DNA from: Vicinamibacterales bacterium
GTDB lineage: Bacteria > Acidobacteriota > Vicinamibacteria > Vicinamibacterales > UBA2999
Assembly (NCBI GenBank): GCA_038919385.1
Contig: JBCKZH010000004.1
Coordinates: 1,132 to 65,131, forward strand
Length of the DNA: 64,000 nucleotides
Reading direction: 5' to 3'
Shown: one piece after another, positions 9,299 through 19,433 of the stretch
Position numbering within the stretch: the first letter of the stretch is position 1
Layout: each line of letters begins with the position of its first letter
The notes under the pieces: model-generated
Told to the model about the DNA's origin: nothing
Database searches by the model: none
What the model saw: the letters and a program-made list of their open reading frames with translations, nothing else
Made by a program: the position numbers and the translations under genes

Positions 9299-9597
9299 AC
9301 CACATCCAACCCGCGATCGCTGACGGCCGTTCCGTCCTGAGGCCAATTGCTGAAGCGCGACGTCGCGATCGTAATCGCGGCGCAACAACACCTCCTGAAT
9401 CCATTCCTCAACCGCACGCGAGCTCGGTGTGGCATTCATCAGGACGGTCATCGGCGGCACCTTGCGTTTGCCGATTGTTGTCTTCACAGCGTCGTTGCCC
9501 GTTGAGGTGTTGATGAACTCCAGTTCGCCGCCTTGCCCGTGCGTGACCCGCGTGGGCGCGTGGTGCCACTCCTCGCGATCCACGAATTGACCTATTT

Positions 9598-10020
9598 GCC
9601 ATCGCTGACGATTTTCGAGCGGCGGCGCGCGTCATGATGGCGGCCGACGCGACCGAGAATGCGGTCAAGCTTGCGGCGGCCGATGGCTACTCGGTCGTGC
9701 ACCTGGCCACCCACGCACTGCTCGATTCGCGCATGCCGGGACGTTCGGCGGTCCTGCTCGGCAGGTCGAATGGCGACGACGGCCTGCTGCAGTCCCGCGA
9801 GATCTACGAGTTGCCCCTTAAGGGTGCGCTGATCGTGCTGAGTGGTTGCCGCACGGCCGATGGCCGCTTCAGCGCCGCGGAGGGGTTGCATAGCCTCTCG
9901 GCGCGTTCCTGCAGGCGGGCGGCCGCACGGTCGTGGGCTCACTCTGGGACCTGCCCGACGATTCGGCGGCCAGTATGATGATGCGTTTCTATACTGATGC
10001 GCGTAGCGAGCGGGCGCTCG
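9598..10020 (+). pseudogene. CHAT (caspase-like) domain fragment
   Basis: VVHLATH, DDGLL, VLSGC, EG, AFLQAG..VVGSLW; frameshift near 9900; no N-terminus. Confidence 0.8.
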
Positions 10021-10031
10021 GGCGCCGCGCG

Positions 10032-11033
10032 TCAGTGACAGATGTTCAAGCCGCGATCCAGGACCGAACCGTTGACGTCCTGGAACTCCCACTCGTAGAG
10101 CGCCGGTTCAAGCTTCAGCCGCAACAAGCCATGAGTGGAGAGCAGCAGCTCCGAGCGCCCGGCCGCGCGCGCCCGGGCATAGGGCGGCGCGCCGCCCGTT
10201 CCGGCAATAAAGAGGCGAATGCCGCGGGCGGGGTCCGATCGCCCGGACGCGTCCTGCGGGGCGTGCCGCTCGTACAGGTGGTCGTGTCCCGACACAACGA
10301 CATCGACGTTCAAGCCGTACAGCATGTCCCAGAAGTCGCGCTGGATGGGATTGGGACCGTTCGGCCCGGAGCTGTCGAAGGGGTGATGCCACACGGCCAT
10401 GGTGCAGCGTGAGGGATTCGCCACGATCTCCTGCCGCGCCCACTCGAACTGGGCCGAGTTCCTGACCATCGGAATGTTCGAGTTGAGCATCAGCACTTGC
10501 CACGTTGCGGAGCGCACGGAGTAGTAGCCACGCCGAACCGGACCAGCACGATCGCCAAAGTACGTGAAGTAGCCGTCGGCGCCGGCGGTCATGTAGTCAT
10601 GGTTGCCCGGCGCGGCCCAGATCCGCGATCGCAGCCGGCCGAAGTCGGGGTCGAAACAGCGCTGGAACTCACCGAGCGTACCGCTTGGATACGCCAGATC
10701 GCCCGCCATGAAGATGTCGCCGCCCAGGTTGGTCAACTGCCGGGCCAGCAAGGGCATGGCTGGCGCGCCGCACCAGCCGGTGTCGCCAAACACGTTGACC
10801 CAGTTTGATATCGGGGCTGTCGGAAGCGCCGGCGCCGTGGGCGCGACCGGGGACGCGTTGCCCGGTACCTCGATCGGCGTCGTGGGCGGGGCCACGCTCG
10901 TCGGCGTGGCCGCGGTTGGCGAGGGCGAACTGGGAGACCCGCCGCACCAGGCAGACACGACGGCGCACCCTAAGAGAAGGGGCAACCCGAGGGTCCGGAG
11001 CGTGGGAGGCCACATGATGCTGGTTGGCTCCAC
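10032..11033 (-). CDS. Exported calcineurin-like metallophosphoesterase
   Basis: GDTG, GDLAY, GNHD, HHP and GHDH motifs; signal peptide and Pro-rich linker. Confidence 0.9.
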   Translation of the reverse strand: MEPTSIMWPPTLRTLGLPLLLGCAVVSAWCGGSPSSPSPTAATPTSVAPPTTPIEVPGNASPVAPTAPALPTAPISNWVNVFGDTGWCGAPAMPLLARQLTNLGGDIFMAGDLAYPSGTLGEFQRCFDPDFGRLRSRIWAAPGNHDYMTAGADGYFTYFGDRAGPVRRGYYSVRSATWQVLMLNSNIPMVRNSAQFEWARQEIVANPSRCTMAVWHHPFDSSGPNGPNPIQRDFWDMLYGLNVDVVVSGHDHLYERHAPQDASGRSDPARGIRLFIAGTGGAPPYARARAAGRSELLLSTHGLLRLKLEPALYEWEFQDVNGSVLDRGLNICH

Positions 11034-11071
11034 CGCCGGATTAAACCCGGCGCTGAAATACCTCGTCTATA

Positions 11072-12319
11072 TTGTGTACCGTGGGTCAGCGCATCGCAAC
11101 ACTCGCCATCACCGCCGTGGCGGCCCTCTGGCTGGCGGCTGTGCCATCCCGTGCACAGACCGCCGGCGAGTTATTTGCTGGCCAAACCCTGCAGCGAGTC
11201 GATCTCTACATCCATTCGTCCGACTGGTCGAAGCTCCTGACTAACTTTCAGGAGAACACCTACTATCCGGCCGACCTGACCTGGAATGGCCAGACGGTGC
11301 GCAACGCCGGCATCCGCTCGCGCGGCCGCGGGTCACGCAGCGGCACCAAACCCGGACTGCGCGTCGACTTCGATCGCTACGCCACCGGCCAGACGTTCCT
11401 GGGCTTGAAGTCGTTCGTGCTCGACAACCTCACGCAGGATCCGTCGGGCATCCACGAAACCGTGGCCACCGCTTTCTATGCGCGACTGGGCATTCCCGCA
11501 TCGCGCGAGATCCACACGCGCCTCTACGTGAATAACGAGTACGCCGGCCTCTACGTCATCGTCGAAGCCGTCGACAAGGATCTGCTGGCGCGCGTGTTCG
11601 GCGCCATCGGCACCGACGTCCAGAACGACGGCTACTTGTTCGAGTTCAAGTACCAGGACGACTGGCGCTTTGCGAATCTGGGCAGCAGTCTGAATCCGTA
11701 CAAGCTCCGCTTCGAGGCCACGACGCACGAAACCAAGAGCGATGAAGACAAATACCGGCCGATCGAAACGCTGGTCCGGCTGGCCAACGACACGCCGGCG
11801 GATCGCATCGGCTCGGCGATCGGCGAGATTCTCGACATTCCGGCGTTCATCCGCTACCTGGCGGCCCAGACTTTTCTCGGCGAGACCGATGGCTTCCTGG
11901 GGAACTGGGGCATCAACAACTTCTACTTGTATCGCCTCGAGAATCGGAACCTGCACACCCTGATCGCGTGGGACGCGGACAACACGTTCTGGGGCGCGGA
12001 GTTTCCGATCGACGTGCTGTGGGCCCGCAACGTGCTCGTCGACAAGCTGATGGCGGTGCCGGAGTACCAGGCGCTCTACGCGACCGAGATGACGCGCGCG
12101 GTGGAACTGGCCGAAGCCGACGGATGGCTCGATACCGAGATCATCCGGCAGGTGCAGCGCATAAGAACCGCGATGAAGGAAGATCCGGCCCTGGTCTATT
12201 CCCAATCGACCTACGAGGGCTCAACGGGGGTGATGCTGGGGTTTGCCCGGGCCCGCATCGCGTTTGTGAAGTGCGAACTCGCCAACGGCTCCGGCAACGC
12301 CATCTGCCGTACGCAGTAA
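11072..12319 (+). CDS. Secreted CotH-family kinase
   Basis: IRSRGRGSR, K..LRVDF, GLY..VE, NNFYLY and WDAD motifs; signal peptide. Confidence 0.88.
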   Translation: MCTVGQRIATLAITAVAALWLAAVPSRAQTAGELFAGQTLQRVDLYIHSSDWSKLLTNFQENTYYPADLTWNGQTVRNAGIRSRGRGSRSGTKPGLRVDFDRYATGQTFLGLKSFVLDNLTQDPSGIHETVATAFYARLGIPASREIHTRLYVNNEYAGLYVIVEAVDKDLLARVFGAIGTDVQNDGYLFEFKYQDDWRFANLGSSLNPYKLRFEATTHETKSDEDKYRPIETLVRLANDTPADRIGSAIGEILDIPAFIRYLAAQTFLGETDGFLGNWGINNFYLYRLENRNLHTLIAWDADNTFWGAEFPIDVLWARNVLVDKLMAVPEYQALYATEMTRAVELAEADGWLDTEIIRQVQRIRTAMKEDPALVYSQSTYEGSTGVMLGFARARIAFVKCELANGSGNAICRTQ

Positions 12320-12343
12320 TGCGGAGGGGTCAGCCCCTCCGCA
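12320..12343. terminator. Hairpin between convergent genes
   Basis: tgcggagggg-tcag-cccctccgca perfect 10-bp stem. Confidence 0.6.
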
Positions 12344-12364
12344 CTCCCTGGTTGGGTTCAGACC

Positions 12365-13411
12365 CTACTTGGTGACGGTGACGACGATGTCTTTGGTCGT
12401 GTTGAGGGCGCCGTCGGACGCCAGGCAGCGAATCGTATAGGTGCCGGGATCCTGAAAATTCGCAGCTACCGTGTACCTGCTGTCGGGCGGAATGGCCGGC
12501 GCCATCCAGCGCGGCGCCCACGGCGCGTTGGCGCCCGCGCGCGTGTCTTCCCACACCTTGGCCTGTGTCGGCGTGAAGCTGACGCGTCCCGCGCCTCGGT
12601 ACACGAAGCATGAGTGACGCAGGCCGGTCTGGCTGCCGACCGTGATCGCCGAGGGCGGACGCTGCGTCGCGGGATCGAACGCCAGCGTGCCGCGCGCCGG
12701 CAGGGGCGCCGGCGGCGCCGTGGCAGGTGTGGCGTTGCCGGGCGCCGGGGTACCGAACGCGCCCAGGATGCGACCCACCGCATTGGCGCGAGCCTGGGCA
12801 ATGAGGCGCCCCTCGCGCGAATCCGGGCCGAAACGCGGCGCCGGCACGCCATCGTCCTTGGCGAACGCAATCAACGTCAACGGTTGTCCAATCTGCGCGC
12901 GGCGATCGCCGCCATCAAGTGTGAGCGTGGGTGCGACGTTGGCGCGAATCGCCGGACTGCTCATGCCGGCGCCGATGGCACCCTGCTCGGACGCCTGGAC
13001 AAGGTTATCCACCACCGAGTCTTCACGCAGCGTGCCGTACGCACGTTCCGTCTTGCCCTTGGTCGTCAGCGTCCACACCAGTTCTTTCTTACCCCAATCC
13101 TGCGGCACGCGCACCTTGAACACGAAGCGGTTACGGCGCGGCAGGAAGTGCGTCGGCTGGCCCTGATCCGGATCGAGGGGCGAGAAGCTGTTCTCCGGAC
13201 CGAGCGGAACATTCACTTCCTCTTCCCAGTTCCGGTTCATGTAGCCGAACATCATGTTGAACGACCCATCGTCGTTCTTCTCCCAGCCTTCGAAGGCTGG
13301 AGACACCGTCTGTCCGCTGGTGTACGACAGCATCTGGGTACTGGCTGTTTGACATGTGAGAACTACCGTAGCCGCGCCCAGTAACAGGCGCGCGCGTCCT
13401 GATCGAATCAT
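12365..13411 (-). CDS. Secreted conserved hypothetical protein with C-terminal Ig/PKD-like domain
   Basis: Signal peptide; GQTVSPAFEGW..FGYMNRN..GQPTHFLPRR; C-terminal F.DPGTY.IRCLASDG. Confidence 0.8.
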   Translation of the reverse strand: MIRSGRARLLLGAATVVLTCQTASTQMLSYTSGQTVSPAFEGWEKNDDGSFNMMFGYMNRNWEEEVNVPLGPENSFSPLDPDQGQPTHFLPRRNRFVFKVRVPQDWGKKELVWTLTTKGKTERAYGTLREDSVVDNLVQASEQGAIGAGMSSPAIRANVAPTLTLDGGDRRAQIGQPLTLIAFAKDDGVPAPRFGPDSREGRLIAQARANAVGRILGAFGTPAPGNATPATAPPAPLPARGTLAFDPATQRPPSAITVGSQTGLRHSCFVYRGAGRVSFTPTQAKVWEDTRAGANAPWAPRWMAPAIPPDSRYTVAANFQDPGTYTIRCLASDGALNTTKDIVVTVTK

Positions 13412-13430
13412 TGCAGAGTCCCCTGGAAGG

Positions 13431-13466
13431 AAAAAGGGTCCGGCCTGCGCCGGACCCCGTCTTTTT
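13431..13466 (-). terminator. Intrinsic terminator
   Basis: Minus strand GGGTCCGGC-GCAG-GCCGGACCC-TTTTT immediately after the stop at 13468. Confidence 0.75.
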
Positions 13467-13467
13467 G

Positions 13468-14922
13468 TTACTGCTGCTGCGCCGTCGGTTTGGCCGGCGG
13501 CGGAATCACGTTGCAGAGCGGACAGCCAATGATTACGTCCGGCCGGTTGGCTCCGAGCTTGCGTCGTCGTTCCGCCATCTCCTGCTGGAACTGGTCATCG
13601 GTCAGCGGCACCGACTGGCCGAGGTCAATGAACATGTTGGCGATCGAGCGGTTACCCGAGCCTTGCCAGTTGCGCGGGTCGGGGATGTTCTTGTTGTTCG
13701 ACGTGTTGTCCATGTAGCCGATGATGTGCAGGATGGTGCCGCGTGGCAGTATCGGCGCGTGGTCATCGTCATATTCGTACTGGCGCACCCAGTTGTGATC
13801 GTAGCCGGCGCAGGTCAGCGTCTGGATGTTGATGCCCCAGATGGCCTCGAGGCACATGCGCTGGCCGGGCGCGTGCAGGTGCGGTTCGAAAGTGGCGATC
13901 TTGGTCGGCTGCTGCAGCACCATGTAGGCGTGCAACTGCTGGTTGGCTTCGTTCGGCTTGATATCGATGTCGAGGCCGTTGCCGAGACTGCGCAGCGTAC
14001 TGCGGCGCGCGGGCTTGTAGCCTTTGGGGTGGAAGCGGAAGCCGAACAGCAGCTTCGACTTCACGTCGGCACCGCCGGCATGCAGGTGGGCGGACTGATA
14101 AATGATGCTGGAGTTGGCTTTCAGCAGGCGGCCTGCGTTGGGCTCGAACACGTCTGCGTTGCGGCCCACTTCGTGAACCGGCCAGCCGACCGCGCCTTCG
14201 GTGAGTGAGGCGTCAATCGCGTCGCCGGCGCCGCTAAATTCCGCGGTCGCCCAAATCAGGTGGTGCCACACGTAGCGCTGTCCCACCGTCTGACGGCCCG
14301 ACGCGTCCTTGGCGAACTCGTTGACCTCGCGGATTTCCACCGAGGCTACGTAGCGGTCTTCGGTCAGCGGGACCTTGGTCGGTTCGAACTCGCCCCACCA
14401 GTCGGGCGTGTTGGCCTTCACCGTGATCTCGGGGCTCTCGACAATCAGGTCGGGCTGGCCGGCGTGCCACGACGCGCCGTCGGGGAAGGTGCGGGCCGTC
14501 GGCAGGTCGGCCACGTTACCGCGCGGAGCGCCGGTGTCGGCCCACTTGGCGATCTTGGCGACCTCTTCATCGCTGAGCGACGGATCGTTCTTGTAGTGCT
14601 GAATGCCGATGTTCTTCTCGATGTACCAGGGCGGCATCACGCCGGCCTTGTCGCGCAGGCCGGTGCGCTGCTTCATGGCACGCGCCCACGGACGCGCGTC
14701 CTCGTAGGTCAGCAGCGACATGGGCGCCACCTGTCCGGGCCGGTGACAGTTCTGGCAACTGCGCTGCAGGATGGGGGCAATGTCCCGGGTGAACGTCACC
14801 TCGGGCGCGGGGGCCGCTTGTTCGGCCTTCACCGCAAGCGGCGCGACCACACCGGCGATCGTCGCACCAAACAGCACGGTTCCGAGGGTCAGGCCCCAGC
14901 CAAAATGCTTACCAACCGCCAT
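13468..14922 (-). CDS. Secreted c-type cytochrome fused to a PHM/DBH-like copper monooxygenase domain
   Basis: Signal peptide; CQNCH haem motif and MPPW; WHH, HLH, PHLHAPG, YDHNW and NMF positions resemble CuH/CuM ligands. Confidence 0.75.
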   Translation of the reverse strand: MAVGKHFGWGLTLGTVLFGATIAGVVAPLAVKAEQAAPAPEVTFTRDIAPILQRSCQNCHRPGQVAPMSLLTYEDARPWARAMKQRTGLRDKAGVMPPWYIEKNIGIQHYKNDPSLSDEEVAKIAKWADTGAPRGNVADLPTARTFPDGASWHAGQPDLIVESPEITVKANTPDWWGEFEPTKVPLTEDRYVASVEIREVNEFAKDASGRQTVGQRYVWHHLIWATAEFSGAGDAIDASLTEGAVGWPVHEVGRNADVFEPNAGRLLKANSSIIYQSAHLHAGGADVKSKLLFGFRFHPKGYKPARRSTLRSLGNGLDIDIKPNEANQQLHAYMVLQQPTKIATFEPHLHAPGQRMCLEAIWGINIQTLTCAGYDHNWVRQYEYDDDHAPILPRGTILHIIGYMDNTSNNKNIPDPRNWQGSGNRSIANMFIDLGQSVPLTDDQFQQEMAERRRKLGANRPDVIIGCPLCNVIPPPAKPTAQQQ

Positions 14923-14990
14923 TACACACTCTCCTTCAAAGGGTCCGGGCGACGCGTTCCACCGTCACCAATTGTATCAGAGTCCTTGTC

Positions 14991-15004
14991 GGGGTCAGAC
15001 CCCT
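14991..15004. repeat. Short palindrome GGGGTCAGACCCC
   Basis: REP-like; related copies near 12326 and 12354. Confidence 0.5.
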
Positions 15005-15150
15005 CAGCAGCGCCGTGCCGTTTTCGCTTGGGGACCCTGTACCTACTGGTATACGAGCAATTTACCTCAAAGTTGCGGTAATTCTAGCGCCGTTTGTCAT
15101 GCTTCGGATACGATTGGCCTTTTCCAAGGCGAACTCTTCAAGGCGGACAC

Positions 15151-16191
15151 GTGCATCCTGACCTCCAAGACGCGATTACCTTCCACGATGCCATCCTTGC
15201 GGAAGGCAGCAAGGCCCTCGTCGGCTACACCCAGCCCAAGATCCTGGCGAACATCGTCTTGTTGTCGGAGATTCCGACGACCTACGACAAGAAGGAGCAG
15301 CGCCAGGTCAACTCGGGCAACCTTCTCTTGCGAGGCGTGCCGGGCGTCGGCAAAACGTTCTTTGGCGTAATTCTGGCGGCGATCAGCAACGCTAAATTCG
15401 CCCGCATCCAGGGCCGCGCCGACCTGCAGCCGACCGAAGTGGTCGGCTTCCAGATGATCAATCCGGCGACCGGCGTGCTGACCACCGAGATGGGCCCGCT
15501 GGCCGAAGCCGAAGTCATCCTGCTGGACGAGATCAACCGCATCCCCCTGAAGTCGCAGAGCGCCTTCCTCGAAGGCCTGCAGGACCGCACCGTCACGGTG
15601 GGCAAGACCACCTACAAGCTGCCGGCCTTCAACTTCGCGATTGCGACCATGAACCCGGTGGAACTTGGCCAGGGCACGTTTCCGCTCTCGGAAGCCGCCA
15701 TGGACCGCTTTGCCATCATGGTGAACATCGGCTACCTGCCGCCCGAGGAAGAGCGCAAGCTGGTGCACTTCGACTTCAAGCAGGTGCGCCTGAATCCGCT
15801 GATGCGCAAGGAGCGCATCATCGAGCTGCGCGCCGCGATCACCGAGCACGTGTATCTGCACGAACGACTCGGCGACTACATCCAGCGCCTGGTCGCGAAC
15901 ACGCGTCCCTACAACCCCGACACAGATTGGCTGCGCCACTCGCCGTCGGAGCTGGTCGAAACCGGCGTCGACCTGGGCGCCTCGCCGCGCGCGATTATCG
16001 TGTGGGGCCGCCTTGCCAAGGTCTGGGCACTGCTCGTCCGTCGCCGGGACGAGGTGTATCCGGAAGACATCCAGGACCTCGCCACCTACGTGCTGGGACA
16101 TCGCCTCTGGCTGGGCCCGCACGCGGCGAGCCACGGCCTCACCACCGACGCCGTGATCAAGGACGTCATCGAGCGCACGCCGATTCCATGA
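15151..16191 (+). CDS. moxR: MoxR-family AAA+ ATPase (MxaR-like)
   Basis: GVPGVGKT, RIQG.ADLQP, LLDEINR, ATMNPVE..GTFPLSEAAMDRF, GASPRA; start set to GTG 15151. Confidence 0.93.
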   Translation: MHPDLQDAITFHDAILAEGSKALVGYTQPKILANIVLLSEIPTTYDKKEQRQVNSGNLLLRGVPGVGKTFFGVILAAISNAKFARIQGRADLQPTEVVGFQMINPATGVLTTEMGPLAEAEVILLDEINRIPLKSQSAFLEGLQDRTVTVGKTTYKLPAFNFAIATMNPVELGQGTFPLSEAAMDRFAIMVNIGYLPPEEERKLVHFDFKQVRLNPLMRKERIIELRAAITEHVYLHERLGDYIQRLVANTRPYNPDTDWLRHSPSELVETGVDLGASPRAIIVWGRLAKVWALLVRRRDEVYPEDIQDLATYVLGHRLWLGPHAASHGLTTDAVIKDVIERTPIP

Positions 16192-17135
16192 GGACGCGGG
16201 AGCAGGAGGTCGAGCCGCTCATCAACCTGTCGGAGATCACCGAGGTCGAGCTGCTCATCCTCAAGCGGATGCGCGAGTTCACCATCGGCGAGCACTCCAG
16301 CATGTTCCATGGCACGGGGTTCGACTTCGTCGGCCTGCGCGACTGGCAGGCCGGCGATCGCTTCGAGGCGATCGACTGGGCGCAGTCGTCGCTGACCAAC
16401 TTCAGCCCGCTGATCGTCCGCGAATTCGAGCAGCCCACCACCTCGGGCGTGATCCTGGTCGCCGATCGATCCGCGTCGACGCGCTGCGGCGCCGACCCCT
16501 CAGCCAAGGCGGATCGCCGCGGCCTGCAGATCGCCACGCTGATCGCGCGCTCAATCGCCACCATTGGCATGTCGGCGGTGTTCTTCCAGGACTCGATTGG
16601 CCTGGTCACCTTCGACGAGGGCTTTCACACGCTCGGGGCGGTGCGCCCGCGCATTGGCAAGGGCCAGGTGATTCATTGCCTCGAGGCCTACCAGGATGGC
16701 CACGGCCTGCAGGAGCTCAAGAACTCGGGCAGCCTGAGCGCGACGCTCACCGGTTTTTCGCGCAAGACGTCGATGATGCCGGTGATCTCCGACTTCCTGT
16801 TTGACGATGCCCCGGCGTTTCTGACAGAGCTGTCGCAAGTCGACAACGTGCACGACGTGTTCATCATGATGGTCGACGCCGCGTTCGCCTTCGAGCTGCC
16901 GCGCGTGTCGGCCGGCTGGGTCGAGGTCTACGATGTGGAAACCGGCAACACGCGCATGATGTCGCGCCGCGAGCTGAGCCGCCAAAGTGAACGCATTCGG
17001 GCGTGGCAAGACGATGTGACCCGGCAGGCGAAGGCACTGGACCTCGATGTACTTCGCTTGGGGATCGACCAGGTCAAGTTTGATGTCGCACTGATTGAAT
17101 GGGTGGCGGAACGCCGCCTGCGGCGGCGGAAGTGA
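16188..17135 (+). CDS. DUF58 domain protein (MxaS-like)
   Basis: G.GFDF.GLRDWQAGD..IDW, VREFE, DRSAS and ISDF motifs; ATGA overlap with moxR. Confidence 0.9.
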   Translation: MRTREQEVEPLINLSEITEVELLILKRMREFTIGEHSSMFHGTGFDFVGLRDWQAGDRFEAIDWAQSSLTNFSPLIVREFEQPTTSGVILVADRSASTRCGADPSAKADRRGLQIATLIARSIATIGMSAVFFQDSIGLVTFDEGFHTLGAVRPRIGKGQVIHCLEAYQDGHGLQELKNSGSLSATLTGFSRKTSMMPVISDFLFDDAPAFLTELSQVDNVHDVFIMMVDAAFAFELPRVSAGWVEVYDVETGNTRMMSRRELSRQSERIRAWQDDVTRQAKALDLDVLRLGIDQVKFDVALIEWVAERRLRRRK

Positions 17136-17157
17136 GAAGTGAGAAGTGAGAAGTGAG
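17130..17157. repeat. Heptamer repeat (AAGTGAG)x4
   Basis: Spans the DUF58 stop up to the next ATG. Confidence 0.85.
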
Positions 17158-18300
17158 ATGAACACACACATGCTTCGCGTTGCACTGCTGGCGGGCCTCG
17201 TCACGGCCGCGCCCGCCTTCGCCCAGACCGGCACCGACCTCGTCGAGGTCGAGCCCATCAAGTGCTGGTGGCGAACCTCCACCAGCGCCGTGCGCACCGG
17301 CGAAGCGTTCGACATGCGGCTGACTTGCGCCGTCGTCGAAACCGAAGCCACCAAGGTCGTGCCCGACTTGTCGAAGCTCGACCCGACGGTGGTGCAGCTA
17401 CCGCCCTTCGAGGTCACCGGCGGCACGCACGCCGGCGACCTGGTGACCGTCGGCAAGCGCTTCTTCCAGTACGACTACCGCATGCGGCTGATCGCCGAAG
17501 ACGCCTTTGGCGCCGACGTCGCGGTACCGCCGCTCGAGGTCACCTACCGCGTCGAGAGCAAGGTGACCGGCGGCGATTCCGTGCAGGGCCGAGAGTTGAG
17601 TTACGCGTTGCCGCGCGCCTCGGTGAAGCTGATCTCGGTGGTGCCGGATGACACCTCCGACATTCGCGAGGCACCGGCCGCGGCGTTCTCGGCCATCGAG
17701 GACCGCGATTCCCGCGCCGCCTTGTATCGAACCGTTGCCACCGTTCTGTTCGCGCTGGCCGGGGTGATGGTCGCGGTGACTCTGATCGGCAGGTTGCGCG
17801 GCAAGACCAGGACGACGGCGGCGGCGCGCGCGCACCTGGGACCGCGCGCGATTCTGCGGCACGCGGCCAGCGAACTGAACCATGTGCAGCGAGCCGGACG
17901 CGGCGGGTGGACGCCGGAACTGACCGGCCGTGCCCTGTCGGCGGCGCGCATTGCCGGCAGCTACGCATCGGGGCGCAGCGTGGGCCAGCGGCCCGTGGGG
18001 GTGAACGATCCGCTGGTTGACGGCGCGCTGCTGGTCGGCCGCGGCATGGGCCGCGCGCAGATGTACGTGTCCGGGTCGGTCACGGCGGAATCGGCGACCG
18101 ACCCCACGCTGGCCGCGGCCCTGAAGACGCTGACCGTCGTGCGCTACGGTCGCGACGGCAAGTTCACGGATGCAGATGATGCGGTCGCCACCGCCATCCG
18201 TATCACCAAGCAGCAGCAGTCGGCCCATTCGGTTGTCTCGGAATGGTCGAGGGCGTTGGTGCGCTCGCTGGTCGATATGCGGAAGAAAGTGTGGGCTTGA
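17158..18300 (+). CDS. MxaA/BatD-like exported single-TM protein
   Basis: Signal peptide, beta-rich domain, one TM helix; third position in an mxaRSACKL-like order. Confidence 0.6.
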   Translation: MNTHMLRVALLAGLVTAAPAFAQTGTDLVEVEPIKCWWRTSTSAVRTGEAFDMRLTCAVVETEATKVVPDLSKLDPTVVQLPPFEVTGGTHAGDLVTVGKRFFQYDYRMRLIAEDAFGADVAVPPLEVTYRVESKVTGGDSVQGRELSYALPRASVKLISVVPDDTSDIREAPAAAFSAIEDRDSRAALYRTVATVLFALAGVMVAVTLIGRLRGKTRTTAAARAHLGPRAILRHAASELNHVQRAGRGGWTPELTGRALSAARIAGSYASGRSVGQRPVGVNDPLVDGALLVGRGMGRAQMYVSGSVTAESATDPTLAAALKTLTVVRYGRDGKFTDADDAVATAIRITKQQQSAHSVVSEWSRALVRSLVDMRKKVWA

Positions 18301-18320
18301 GGCTTGGGGCTTGAAGACTG

Positions 18321-19424
18321 ATGCAGGCGTATCGGGACATTAGCGCGCTCGTCATGGCCACGTGGGCCGAGTGGGGAGAGCTGCGTCTCGAGCGTTTGAT
18401 CTTTTCTGAAAGCAGCACGGCGCGACAGGTGGTGATGGCCCTGATCGGCCTCGCCGCGATCTTCATGGTGATCCGATCGTTCGGCAGCCGCAATCCCGGG
18501 CACCGCCGCGTGGCGCTGCCCGCCATTGTCACCAGCTCAGGCTGGTCGCGGGCCTCGCTGTCCCGGCACGGGGCGCTGATCCTCGCGCTGGCCGGCCTGC
18601 CGTTCTTCATTCTGGCGCTCGCGGATCCGCGCACGTCGCTGACGCGATCCGAAACCACCTACCCAGGCCGCCGCATCAGCCTGCTGATCGACGCCTCGTC
18701 CAGCATGCTGTCGGCGCTGCCGTCGAGCACGCTGGCCAAGGGCGCGCCCAACAACGCCGCCTTCTTCACCACGGTGGGCGCCGCGCGCTACTTCATCGAA
18801 CGCCGCATGGCGGGCAAGTACCGCGACCTGATGGCGCTGATCGAGTTTGGCGACGATGCCTACGTCATCACGCCGTTCACGACGGACTACGAGAACATCC
18901 TGCTGAGTACCGCGCTGATCGGCGACTGGAACGAATTCATGGCCTTCCCGGACCAGGGCACCGTGGTGGCCCGCGCCGTCGAACAGAGCGTGGGCCTGTT
19001 CCAGGCCTTCGATTTTCTCGACGCCGCGGGCAACCTGATGGTGGTCTTCACCGACGGCGCCGACGCCGACGTGCTCGAGAACGGCAAGACGGTGGACGAC
19101 GTGCTCGCCGATGCGATGAAGGCGAAGATCCCCGTCTACCTGATCAAGATTGGCGGCAATATCCAGAACAAGCGGAGTGTCGCCGACGAGCTGTGGATCA
19201 ATGCCGTGAAGAAGACCGGCGGCCAGTTCTTCTCTGGCGTCGACGAGGCGACCATTATCCAGTCCATCCAGGCGATCGATCGGCTGTCGGCCGGCACCAT
19301 CGAGATGAAGCAGTACAGCACCGAGCGTCCACGGTATGCGCCCTTCGCGCTGACCGCGGTGGCGCTGTGGTGCGCCGCGTTGCTGTTGCGGTTCACGATT
19401 CCGACGTTTCAAACGTTTCCGTAG
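18321..19424 (+). CDS. VWA domain membrane protein (MxaC/BatA-like)
   Basis: N-terminal TMs, ALADP, MIDAS DASSS, GT and FTDG, C-terminal TM. Confidence 0.88.
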   Translation: MQAYRDISALVMATWAEWGELRLERLIFSESSTARQVVMALIGLAAIFMVIRSFGSRNPGHRRVALPAIVTSSGWSRASLSRHGALILALAGLPFFILALADPRTSLTRSETTYPGRRISLLIDASSSMLSALPSSTLAKGAPNNAAFFTTVGAARYFIERRMAGKYRDLMALIEFGDDAYVITPFTTDYENILLSTALIGDWNEFMAFPDQGTVVARAVEQSVGLFQAFDFLDAAGNLMVVFTDGADADVLENGKTVDDVLADAMKAKIPVYLIKIGGNIQNKRSVADELWINAVKKTGGQFFSGVDEATIIQSIQAIDRLSAGTIEMKQYSTERPRYAPFALTAVALWCAALLLRFTIPTFQTFP

Positions 19425-19433
19425 GAGAAGAGC

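Noticed and set aside
9284-9583. 99-aa minus-strand ORF
   Set aside because: No motif or clear start; probably another gene fragment that I cannot call
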